Position numbers and translations under genes: made by a program. This document shows, piece by piece, positions 47,967 to 64,000 of a stretch of DNA of 64,000 nt; position 1 is the stretch's first letter, and every line of letters starts with the position of its first letter. Where the stretch lies: contig OZ037767.1 in NCBI GenBank assembly GCA_964035545.1, forward strand, positions 18,692,259 to 18,756,258, given 5' to 3'. The notes beneath the pieces are model-generated. The model did no database searches and was not told the DNA's origin. It was given only the letters and a program-made list of their open reading frames with translations. This DNA comes from Bugula neritina. Taxonomy: Eukaryota > Animalia > Bryozoa.

Positions 47967-50826
47967 ATTTGCGGGCACAAGCCAACTATAAGTCACACTA
48001 TTAGAGTATTTACTAGCTTGTGCTTAACTGTCAATTGAGCTAAGCCTGCAGCATTTTTTCAACATTTTGCAGCTGAAAAAATTGAGAGGATAATAACACT
48101 CAAGTTGTACTAACTATAAATAATTGAAATAACTGTCTATAACACTTCAAGTTAGAGTGTTTTATAGTAGACTGACCACTGTGTAGTGTTGGGTTATCTC
48201 CCAACCCCAGTAGCTAATTTGCTAGCAGCATTTATAACCCAGTTGCTTATGTCTAACTGCTATCTGACTGGCTTATAATAGACAGAGCTCTGACGCTCAC
48301 TAGCAGCTGACAAATTAATTGTACAGTATAGTTTTACGCTTGAAGTGAATACGTCTTTGAAAGATATATTTTATTGAAAAATTGTTTATAAGCAAATAAA
48401 GTTATATTTTATTGAAAGGTTAAATAAGCATCTAGAGAACAATAGGAGAACTAATAGTATGTTGTCAATAGAATGATTTAAATACGTTTTAAATTTTATT
48501 TTGAACAAGTCTCTAAGCATATCAATTTAAATTTAAATATCTAAATAAATTAGAATGTACATTTCAAAAATGTTTCCGTTATACATCATGCGGAGCTATA
48601 CATTGATGACATGATACAAAGGAAATGATAAAAACTTAAAATAAAATATGAGACCCATTTCAACATATAATTAGCGTGTTTTACAATAAGGTTTTCATAA
48701 TACTGATTGATTATATGAAAAGTTTTTTGTCTCTGACTACATTTTTTCTTTAAATAATTAAAAAAGCAAATTCCGCCCATTCATCGAGACATTATTTGTT
48801 AACTAAAACCTATTATCCATTTCTGAAACATATAAAAGGTGAAATAGCAAAAACTAATCAATTTATCAAACATCATGCCGCAAAGTTATTTTAATTGTTC
48901 TTGACAATGCTATAAATATAAAATGAAAAAAATATGCATGTATGCATATGAACCAATTTTATATAGCTTTCTTGTAAATGTGTAGTAAAATCAAAAATTA
49001 AAAACTTTGTGCAACAAACTTTTTACAGCAACAGGGTAAAAAGATATGATGTTAAGACTTATAATATTGTCTTTATATAACAACTTGCTTCATTGTCAGT
49101 ATACTGTATGCCCTGAACAACTTATATTTTTATATGTGGGATTTTGGTAACATGTCAGCCTGAAGTTACTAGGGTCTTCTGTTGACTGCTTTAATTTAAT
49201 TTCTCTTTCGGTTGGAATGGATTTGGCAAAGAAAGACAGCCCAGTCATGCATCACCTTCTAAAAAGGAAGTTAAAAACTTCAGGCAATACAAACATAATT
49301 AAAGTACAAGCAATTATTTGCCCTTTAATAGAATTCAAGATTGTGTATAATGATGTTGAAGAGTTCAACGGTATTGTTAGCTAGGACTTATAAAATACTT
49401 CTTATAGTGAGCAACATCTTTTCATTATTTGCTTTAAATAAAATGTTTAGTAGTATTTTGTTTTGCAGCAGCCATAATTAATTATCCTGTTTTGCATGAC
49501 TGCTTTAACAACATTTAATATCTACTTAGTTTATAATTCAACAAAAACATGAACTAAAAATATGTAGCAAAAATGTACGTAGCTAGAAAGGCTTGTATTG
49601 TCAGCAAATTAGATGCCAACTACAAATCTTGGCGGATAAAACTGTGCTTTAATTTTCATCAGGTAATCACATTCATCACAATGTTTAAGATGTAAGGGCC
49701 GCCTTTTGGTATCCTTTCTGCCCCAAAGATTTTTCAGTGCAAGTTGGTATTTATGCCTATAGAGGTGAACAGCAATATTAACCTTGTTGTAAACATGTGC
49801 AGTACATGCGTCTAAAACTTACAGCATTGTGAAAAAATTGATTAAAGTAAGTTGTCTTAAATCTTTTATTTAAAGTTTTCAGTAATCTTGGTCTAATACT
49901 AATACACTCAAACACAAATAGTTCGCTTGGCAGCTATTTGATTGAATAAATTTAAATATTTCCAACAGCATTTAAACAGCTCAGCGGTATCGTTGAAATA
50001 CAATAACATCTACAGTTAGGCAATTTTAACCTGAAGCAAGACGTGGAAAACAAGCGTTATACTATAAGGGAGCTTAATGTTTAATCTAGCTGTAGTAAGT
50101 AGCATTTTTGAAAAGACAGTTAAAAAATTTGAAGTGTACTCATTCTAAATATGGCAACACATAAGTTTGGCACATTGGTATTGATTGTCACTCTTTCTTG
50201 GTGTCTGAAATTAATAGCGTTTGTGCCTGCTGCCTTCCTTTGAAATGGTAAGTGTTTTTTTATACAGAGCATTCAAAACCAAACTTTATTGCCCCAGTTG
50301 GCATAGCATCAACCCTCAACAACATGATAGATCAGAAACTCAGTGAAGGGTTGGCGGCACTGAGATTGCAGCAATTACTCGGGTGTCGTCCACCAACGCT
50401 AAGCGTCAAACTAAGCTGTTGTCTTTTGTCTAATATGTGCACTGTCCCCACCTGAAGACAGGGTTGAAGCCTTGTTGTGTATATTAGTACCCAAGTTGCC
50501 GAACGTTGTCCATGGGTGACTTTGGCTCCAGTAGAATACTAGCCAAATCGAGGAGCTGCCAACTCAATTTTTGATGAAAACAGATAATTACTGGCAGGTT
50601 TAACCAAATATTGTGTTTATTGCTGCTTTCTTCCCACATATACAAATTATACAAATACTACACCGAAATATATTATCTAAGGCAAGGGTGTAATACTAGG
50701 CTATAAAGTCTCATCACTGAACCATAGTTAGTAACCATGAAAAACTAACTTAAAAACCAAATGACAAGTTCAATTGCAGTTAAAATTTACAAAGATACAA
50801 CCAATAGAACAAACCTACACAAATCT

Positions 50827-55252
<4,426 letters not shown>

Positions 55253-57760
55253 AGTTCTGTAAATAATATGATCATTTAGTTATCATTGGGTAGAAGTATC
55301 ATTAAAATTCCAAGCAGTAGCTTAGCTAAATTCAAACTTTTACACTAGAGTGTTACTAAACTTTGGCAGCACTTTTATTAAACTTTGAAAACAGTACCTA
55401 CACAGTTCACTAAAAATAGATGTTAAAGTAGACAAAACATTTACTAAAATTAAACCTAAACTAAGCAATATAATTAGACAACCTCGTTTGCTAAAATTAG
55501 ACACCACTTGCACAGTGTTAGTCAAAAGATACCACTATAGATACAGTCATACACGCTCTTCTATCGTGATAAGTAATATTCCTTTTATACCTGTCAAAGG
55601 CTAAGCAGTTTTGGAAAATTTACCAACATAAACCACAAGTTCCCACTATTGCGTTTTACCCCAATCATGTATATATTGTAAAGATAATGTATTTATTGTA
55701 TTTGGGCAAGGTGATTTCATATTCACATTATCATATACACATAACTGTTATATTCATATTTTTCTCAAATAGTTCTTTAGATATATCTGTAAACTATATT
55801 GGTGATGTACTAAAAAAGCAAAATTTACCAAGTTGTAACAAAAGCCTAACCAAGCATGAAAAATACACGATACACTATATTTAATTCATACTATCAAGAA
55901 GGTGAATTCTCTCGTATATAATTGTAATGATTAACAAATTTGATATGTAATTGTAGTGCTTCAAAATTTATTCAATGCAATATGTTGAAAAACGTTGCAG
56001 TTATTAGTAGTTAACTTACACAAGTTGTTCGTTTTTAACTCCAGATTAGAAACATTTGTCTTTCTGAATAAAGATATTTGCAAGTCATTTACGTATATGC
56101 CTCTCTGAGCTCTGACAAACTAAGCCATATAATGCTAAATTTAGAATTTAAAATCAAGTCAAAATTGTCTCTATTCACAACACAACATTTACTGATGCAG
56201 AAAATAAGTTTAAGGCTATGTATATTATTATATTACTCTAGATATTGATCAGGTAGAACCCAAAATTTAATGGGAAGTTTCTCAGAAATTCTTGCTAGCC
56301 ATTATATAAGCATATTTGGTTTGATCATTCTAAAACAGCTCGTTTTAATCCAGTGTATTTTACATTGGATAGCCAGTTCTTCAACTGCATTTAATACATA
56401 AAAATATTCACCGAAAACTTTTGCATGTAAGTATAGCGATGTTAGCTAAGAAATAATTGAAACATACTTTCTAAAAATGGCAATGATTTGTTTAAGTACC
56501 TAAAAGATTCAGAATGATTGAAACTACTCCTATAAGTGATCTATCGAGAGAGAAACTACTGATACGAGTAATAGAGTCTGCTGCATCAGGTATAGCTATT
56601 GCTAATATTTAAATAAGAAAAAAATTTGTGGGTAGTTTAGGAAGGTTAACTATAAGTGAACGCTGACTACGATTGGTTTTTCCCAGTTATAAAATAACAA
56701 AACAATTTAGCTCTCAGGGTAAATTATAATATATATGTTTACTCAAAACTTAGTATTTAGCAATGCAAACCTTAAAATACTTTGAAATGAGCTGACAAAC
56801 TACAAAGATCTTAGATTTCATTAATCACAATGAATCAAGAGTAAACCACAGTAGAGATGGCCCAACTTCCACTCTAATAACTATATTATGTTATAGTACT
56901 CAAACTATAAGCTAGTATACACAGTAGGTCGTTTATTATAGCACATATCTGCTACATAGTCAGTTCCAACATTAAAGTGAAGCCCTATATCTGCTACATC
57001 TTGCACTCTAAAGTCAGATTTATTTTTAAAGTTGGTCACTTCAAATTGATAAAGTAATATGAAGATGTGTCTACATACATTTTTTGAATTTATAAGACGT
57101 AAAGTATTTGGGTAGTTTATGACAGCGCATTTGAAATGCTAAAAATTTCAACTTAGAAATGAAATGTTAAAGCATAGTATATGACAGTGCATGTTGCATG
57201 CATGCAATATACCAATAATTAGTAATCATTTATCTCTAGTCTATAACAGCAATTGAAATGCACTCTTTGAGAAGGACCATACTTTTGAAATGAGAACAAA
57301 ACATTGTTGCAACAGTAAGTTGGCATTTTAAAGCTGACCTACTTTTTAACTCAAGTTGATAGTTGTTAAACAGTTAGCTATTCTGCGATTAGACTTTGCA
57401 ATCATTAAACCCAGAAGTTTGAGTGTTCACCGGCTATGCCAAAACTTTAGTATAAATTAAAGTCAAAACTCTTCAAAAACATTAACTTGAATAATGCTAT
57501 TGGACGGCGCCAATACCTTGATGTCAAATATAATATGGAACCAAATTGTTGACTTGAAATATAAAATGATATACCAAGGGTCAAATGCAGGTTTTGGTCC
57601 ACTAAAAATTATTTCGGTAAGCATCATTGATTGACCATTTTTGGTTAGTCATCATATGTTTTTTGAGATACCTCATGCTAGAGTTTATGGGGAGAAATCA
57701 AACTGAAGCTTACTGTTACACAGAACAGGCTTTAAATGCTAATTATGTTACTGTTTAATA

Positions 57761-57979
57761 GGGAGCAGCCATGCTCCAGGAGCTAGAGGGTTTGCCTAGT
57801 AAACACGAGGTCATCGGTTCAAGCCCGGACAAAAGCCATTGGTGATGTTAGGAAGAGTATTAAGTCATAAATGCTCCTGTGCCTTTTTTAAATTTAAGTT
57901 CTTAGCCCACTTTAGCAAAAATCCTTTCCATCATGGGTTTCTTACACGGATAGTGACTCTAAACTTGTGTGAGTTTTTT
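57761..57979 (+). mobile_element. tRNA-derived SINE (family 2) with target-site duplication
   Basis: GGGAGCAGCC head, GGTTCAAGCCC B box, TTGGTGATGTTAGGAAGA core; TATGTTACTGTTTA duplicated on both sides; absent from the paralogous sites near 23370 and 28300. Confidence 0.8.
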
Positions 57980-59444
57980 TATGTTACTGTTTAGTAGTAG
58001 CAATATATTAGCTAATATAATAAAAAGTTAGTGAAACAGATTCCTAAGAGGGCAGGGCTACTACTACAGATAAAAAACTAACTTCAAACTTTTTAAAAGA
58101 AGTCATCCTGAAGTTTATTATTATACATTTTAGGTTTAACTTCTGCTTATGTTACAAGCAGCACTATCAAACACTCACTGTACACTCATGTACCCATACC
58201 TCTAACTAGTAACCTCTAACACTCAACATAACTGCCACCCAATGCAAGTAATTGCTTAAAAACAAATTCTGAGAAATTATCAAATTTTCATTCTCCGATC
58301 AAAATCTATAAAGCTTACCTTTGGTTGCTTCCACGTACTATTGTTTCTCTCCGACAAATGGAAGCATTATAATAGCAATTAGCATATTATGCTTCAACTG
58401 GCTTTTAGGGTGGAATTATATAAACCTATTATTACACCATGTATTGGAACCGTGGAAAAAAGTTAACGCAATAAATTTACTGTCCCCAAATTTTTTTTGA
58501 CTAATAAACACTATATATACTAACTGCTAGTTAAAATTTGCTATATCGAAATCATTATCTAGATAAAATTATTTGCTTAAGCAATGATAAGAGAATCGTG
58601 ATTCACCATTGAACGGACTTTGGACTCATTCTGCGTATTGATCAGCTAATCATTTACTACCACTGCAGGTCAAGTAGCCTACATGCTATCAAGAGTCTGA
58701 GTTATTAAGTAGGATCTCAAAATTTGTCTGACTCCAGTGCATTCAGTGTGCAGCCTAGATGTGTAGTCTTCTTAGTGGAGATGTGAGATGACTAGTTGCC
58801 GACTTATTTTGTTGAACCTGTGCCTTTATTTACTCCAAATTTGGCTCATAAAACACCCCATCATTACCACTTCATGGTTTCAAACTTATTGATGAAATTA
58901 TCAAAAAACTACAACTAAGGTTGGAAAACTGATAATTAAACCCCCTGGGCTCTTTTAAATGAAATCAACTTAATTATTCAGCATAAATGTTTAATAGTTT
59001 AGTTAAGGGCAAGCATAACTTTTTAAATAAGTTAATTCACCGAAGTCAACAAAACCTCTTGAATTAAAATAAACAGATAATTTAGTAAATTTTTAGAATG
59101 TTGTTTGCTTTGGGGAAATTACTCTACCAACAAGGACTTAGGCTTTATATCTAAATTAAAAAAGTGGAGCAAATTCGAATAAATAGTTTATTAAAACTGA
59201 AAATAATCAACAAAGCATTGTTATATTGTGCAGTATGCTATATTAGATATTAACAACGCAAACTGCAAGCAGTCGAATAGTGATTAGCAAATATTATAAT
59301 AAGCTTAAAAAAACTAGTTTATAAACAAAAAACAGGCCACTCTTAGCTGTGGATGCCTGCTAATAAATTAGTAATATTGGAGGCTAATATATTTCTTTTC
59401 AAGTAATAATATAGTAAAATAAGATTCTATACTCGCATTAAAAT

Positions 59445-59812
59445 AGGGCGCTTTCGGATAATATGCGTAGGGGTAACTGTAGGCCCTACGCAATGACCAT
59501 TAGGTAACCATCACGTATAGGGCGCAATTATTTGAGCAATTACAGTAATTTTTCTCTGACATTGCATCATTTTTGTCAACGAGTGTAAGCAATAGAATAA
59601 GTAGGTAGTTACCCTTACGTGTACCCAGGGTACTCGTGGTTACCGAATGCGTAGATTAAAATAGCCTCCTCTCCATCCTCGGGGGCCCTTGACATCTGGC
59701 TAGCTCCTTGTCTCTTCCAAGGGCTGCCTGACTATTCTGATCCCACCGCTGCCACCAATGTAGTAGTTTTGTGGGTTATAGAATGAAATCAGGCAGAGAA
59801 CATAACTCCTTG
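59445..59812. mobile_element. Possible retroelement terminal fragment (unclassified)
   Basis: GC/CpG-rich island abutting (TA)n, with short inverted motifs (TGCGTAGGG / CCCTACGCA); its end motif is shared with about 4810-4860. Confidence 0.35.

Positions 59813-59813
<1 letters not shown>

Positions 59814-59901
<88 letters not shown>
59814..59901. repeat. (TA)n microsatellite
   Basis: Directly visible. Confidence 0.95.
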
Positions 59902-59903
<2 letters not shown>

Positions 59904-61477
59904 AGTGCATGCAAAAGCAGTTATTTTATCAAAATTACTTCAACTAACTTTACATATGAGTGTCTGTAATAAAGCTTTATTCAGTTTCATCTTATAAAAA
60001 AAACATATGCATATTTGCAATAACTAAGTTAATTTATTGTAGTAAAACAATATTGAAAATTCTCATTTACATATGTGAACATGAATAATGAATTAAAATA
60101 TGATTAGCTGTATAGTTTAAAACACTCAAAATATGTTAGTAATACAAAGGTCATTAAAGCCTTTGACAAAACATCTTGTAGGCCTACAGTTTTTTGAACA
60201 GGTTCTGATCAAATCTTGATTTTATACATAGCTGTAAAAGGATGATGTCATAAAACAAAATTTTTAAGAAATCAAAATAAAATATGAAACATACTTAGCA
60301 TACTCAGTGTTTTGTACAAAGCTTTTGATTCAATAAAAAAGTTTAAAAGTTCTTTGTTTTAATTTAGATACTTACATAAACAAATAAACGCAGTATAACT
60401 ATAAAATATTAAATGAAATAGATAAATTAGTAACTTTTTCTGGTTTTAGTTAAATGAATGAAAAAAAGTAAATTTAACTCATTCAGACATACCTGTTAAG
60501 GAAAAATAAGTATATCTATGTAATCTTATTTTGAAATGCCAAATTTTAAATAGTAAAAACTAGCGACTATCATCTTAAAAAATTATTTATCTTCACCCAA
60601 TACATATAAGCATATTTAACAGAAAAATCAATATAATAATCTAAAATAGTTTATATCTGGTTCAATTGCGTAGTAAAATCTTCTATTATGTAAAACTTTT
60701 GCAACAACTGTTTTACAACTACATAATCAATGAATTTTATGCCTAAACCTATACAATATTGTTTCTTAAAACCTGCCACATTTTCTGTATACTGTACGCT
60801 CTAAGCAACTGATATTTTTAATGCAGGGTGCCGTTGACAACAATTCAGCTTAAATTCTTTATGAGATGGGTTTTTTGTTGAATGTTTTTATCCTGCTTTT
60901 AATTTGAACAATTTTGACAAAAAAGAAAGCTCAGTCATCACTTGTCAAAACATAGGATATTTGAGAGCTAGGCAATACAAATATAATTGAAAAGCAAGTT
61001 GCTAGCTGCCATTCAATGGGCATGGCAAGATTGCCTATTATGGCATTGAACAGCTCAAAGGGTTGGTGGTAGCCAAAACCTGTAAAATATTTACAGTATG
61101 AATAACAATTAGTTTTCTATTTTTTTAAAAAATGTTGAATGGTAGCTTATTGTGCAGCTCCTGGTATATTTGTATTTAAACCATGCATTTTTATGTCATT
61201 ATGCGATTTGCAAGCAACATTTGCGAGCGCAAGCTTATAGTCTTAGGTAAATACATATGTGGTATAATACATTTACTTTTTACATTTAGGAAACTTTTTA
61301 TACATTGTTGCATTCAGCTTTAGACAGGAGAAACAGGTTTTTAACTCAAGTGAGTTGAAAGAATTCAACGGATATTATATCTTGTGGAGTGAGTTATATG
61401 TGTTTATTTGCTCAAGTTCCATGTAGTTCTTATAATATTGTGAAAACCTTAAATGCTATCTCTAGTGTTATTATCAA

Positions 61478-61766
<289 letters not shown>

Positions 61767-62004
61767 ATATAAAAATACAAATACTATACCTAAATTTATT
61801 ATCTAATACAAAGGTGTCATACTAAGCTGGTTTTTCACCACTGACGCGGGTTAATCACTACGGAAAAATATAATTTGAACACAAAATGAAGAGTTTGATT
61901 GCTTCTGAAGTTTAAAAAGATACAACTAATAAAACACACACAAGTCTTTAGATGTGGTGGTGACATTCAAATTCTGACAGTAGTATAGGTTCAACTGCAG
62001 CAAA

Positions 62005-63784
62005 TTATTCATTGGTCTGGTTAAGTAAAGGAGATACTGCAGTTTCTTCATCACTACCATCATCATCATGGCTTTCATCTACACACATAAGCAACATACT
62101 CTGCATTAAAATTAAATATGTTTTTGAATAAGTATTTCGAAATGCCTAGAATTTTATGAAAGTACATAAATTATTTCTATTTTTATCCAAAAATATTGAC
62201 TTTAACAAAAAGATAACCAAATAGCAAAATCTAAAAGAAAACACGCAACTAGAAAAACTCCTATCGTGTAATTTCGTAGAATTTTAAATATTATTAACAA
62301 ATATTTTTTTATTTTTTATGCACTAAATATAAATTAAAATTTTACTATGTCAATTACTGAGACACACACAAAGTTAACCCATAAAGGTAATCTTTGTATT
62401 GAGAAGCCATGCCTGATGGAAAACGTGGGATTTACTATTTTTTCAACTTATTTTAGCCAATAACAAAAATTAAAAAAAATCCACAGTTGTGGTTTCTCGA
62501 AAACTTTTTCCAACATTATATGAGAACACATAACATAATATACTTGACTAGGACTGAGCAATGTAACATTGCATAACATAATTTCTCAATATATTTGCTA
62601 TGCTAAGAAAAAATCAAAAGCTCTTAACAAAAATTGAAGAAAAGCATTTAAATTTTTTGATTATATCAAAATCCCTCTATGTGCTAACCAATTGCTCAAT
62701 CTAAAATGTAATAAATAAATAAATAAAATAAAATAAATAAATATTATGATTAAGTAGAGTAACTGAAAATTAAACCTCTTAATTTTTGACTTTTGTATGA
62801 ATATACATTATTAACTTTAGTAAGGCTTTTCCAATCTTATACTGGAAAAGCTGTAAATGTTCAACATTGGCTACATACCACCCTCTGTTGAAGGAGGCAC
62901 AGCAGTTGTGTCATTAACTGTGCTAATTGCTGAAAGGGATTCAGGTACTGGAGTCGATGAACTTTCGGCCTGAGTCATTGGACTTTGATTGGCATTGTTA
63001 ACTTCAAGCAAACATGATGGCATTTCACTGGATGTATTTTGATAACATAAAGGAGTTTTCTCATCTTCTGAACTTTCACTAACACAGAGATCAACTTCAT
63101 TACTTGTTCTAGATCTATTACCAGGTAGTATATTTCTAAATCTCCCAGACCCAGAAATCACATCAAGTTGCAGATCACCAGATAAACTGTTTGAAGGTGG
63201 AGGACTTGGTTTTTGTGCCTGGTCTGAATCTTGTGATTGAGTCGGATCTGGTGTCTGGGCTGGATCTGGTGTTTGGGCTGGGTCTGATGTCTGGGCTGAA
63301 TCTGATGTCTGGGCTGGATCTGATGTCTGGGCTGGGTCTGATGTCTGGGCTGGATCTGGTGTCTGGGCTTGATCTGGTGTCTGGGCTAGAACTGATGTCT
63401 GGGCTGGATCTGATGTCTTGGCTGGATCTGGTGTCTGAGCTGGATCTGGTGTCTGGACTGGATCTGGTGTCTGGGCTGGATCTGGTGTCTGGACTGGATC
63501 TGGTGTCTGGGCTGGATCTGATGTCTGGGCTGGATCTGATGTCTTGGCTGGATCTGGTGTCTGAGCTAGATCTGATGTCTGGGCTGGATCTGATGTCTGG
63601 GCTGGATCTGGTGTCTGAGCTGGATCTGATGTCTGGGCTGGATATGATGTCTGGGCTGGATTTGATGTCTGAGCTGGATCTGATGTCTGGGCTGGATCTG
63701 ATGTCTGGGCTGAAACTGATGTCTGGGCTGAAACTGATGTCTGGGCTGAAACTGATGTCTGAGCTGGATCTAGTGTCTGGACCT
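62005..63784 (-). CDS. Grindelwald-like TNF receptor copy 3, last two exons (5' part beyond window end)
   Basis: Exon 63784-62879 (homologous to 52105-51542; open in the frame VQTLDPAQTS...PSPPPSNSLSGD...PVPES...PPSTEG) and exon 62078-62005 (DESHDDDGSDEETAVSPLLNQTNE*). The copy-2-equivalent stop lies at 61950-61948. Confidence 0.75.
63240..63779 (-). repeat. Coding 18-bp minisatellite, about 30 units (CAG ACA TCA/CCA GAT CCA GCC = QT[S/P]DPA)
   Basis: Directly visible; 540 nt without indels. Confidence 0.95.
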
Positions 63785-63887
63785 CTAAAGATATAGTTGA
63801 TATCTTTAATTACATACATTTATGTATGGTGACTCCAGAAGTAAGTGTTGCTTACATGGTAGTCTTTATGTTTCAATTCCAGTTGCC

Positions 63888-63889
<2 letters not shown>

Positions 63890-63966
<77 letters not shown>
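63890..63966. repeat. (TA)n microsatellite
   Basis: Directly visible. Confidence 0.95.
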
Positions 63967-63969
<3 letters not shown>

Positions 63970-64000
63970 AAATGAGTGTTTATAAAACGTTACTTGAGTG

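Noticed and set aside
50151-50455. Plus-strand signal-peptide-like ORF MATHKFGTLVLIV... and following 67-aa ORF
   Set aside because: Stop after 30 codons, implied intron of only about 20 nt, and no recognisable motif.
63175-63819. ORF-track proteins with SSPDIR (minus) and SGLDLM (plus) repeats
   Set aside because: Wrong frame or strand; splice phase and homology to receptor 2 define the QTSDPA frame.

Overview
AT-rich, intron-containing metazoan (invertebrate-like; species not determinable here) genomic DNA. The ORF track misses the real genes because they are spliced; manual exon stitching on GT/AG boundaries with consistent phases gives a tightly linked innate-immune/cell-death gene cluster. 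It contains: (i) one type II membrane TNF-superfamily ligand (33098-40212, minus; TM, coiled coil, RQKR furin site, TNF homology domain with a large insertion); (ii) three paralogous type I receptors with a single Cys-rich ectodomain resembling Drosophila Grindelwald-type TNF receptors (16400-20963, 50827-55252, and a partial copy from about 62005 running off the window end), plus a retrotransposon-truncated fourth exon 1; (iii) three intact, nearly identical secreted acidic Ly6/uPAR three-finger genes, one frameshifted copy with a duplicated last exon, and one orphan exon; (iv) a degenerate TIR-domain gene remnant. The third receptor carries about 30 tandem copies of an 18-bp unit encoding mostly PAQT[S/P]D, a TRAF-binding-like PxQxxD motif. 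Also present: a Gypsy fragment, an RTE-like LINE fragment, tRNA-derived SINEs, foldback MITEs, very long microsatellites and split hammerhead-ribozyme fragments. All family assignments are by eye, without database searches.
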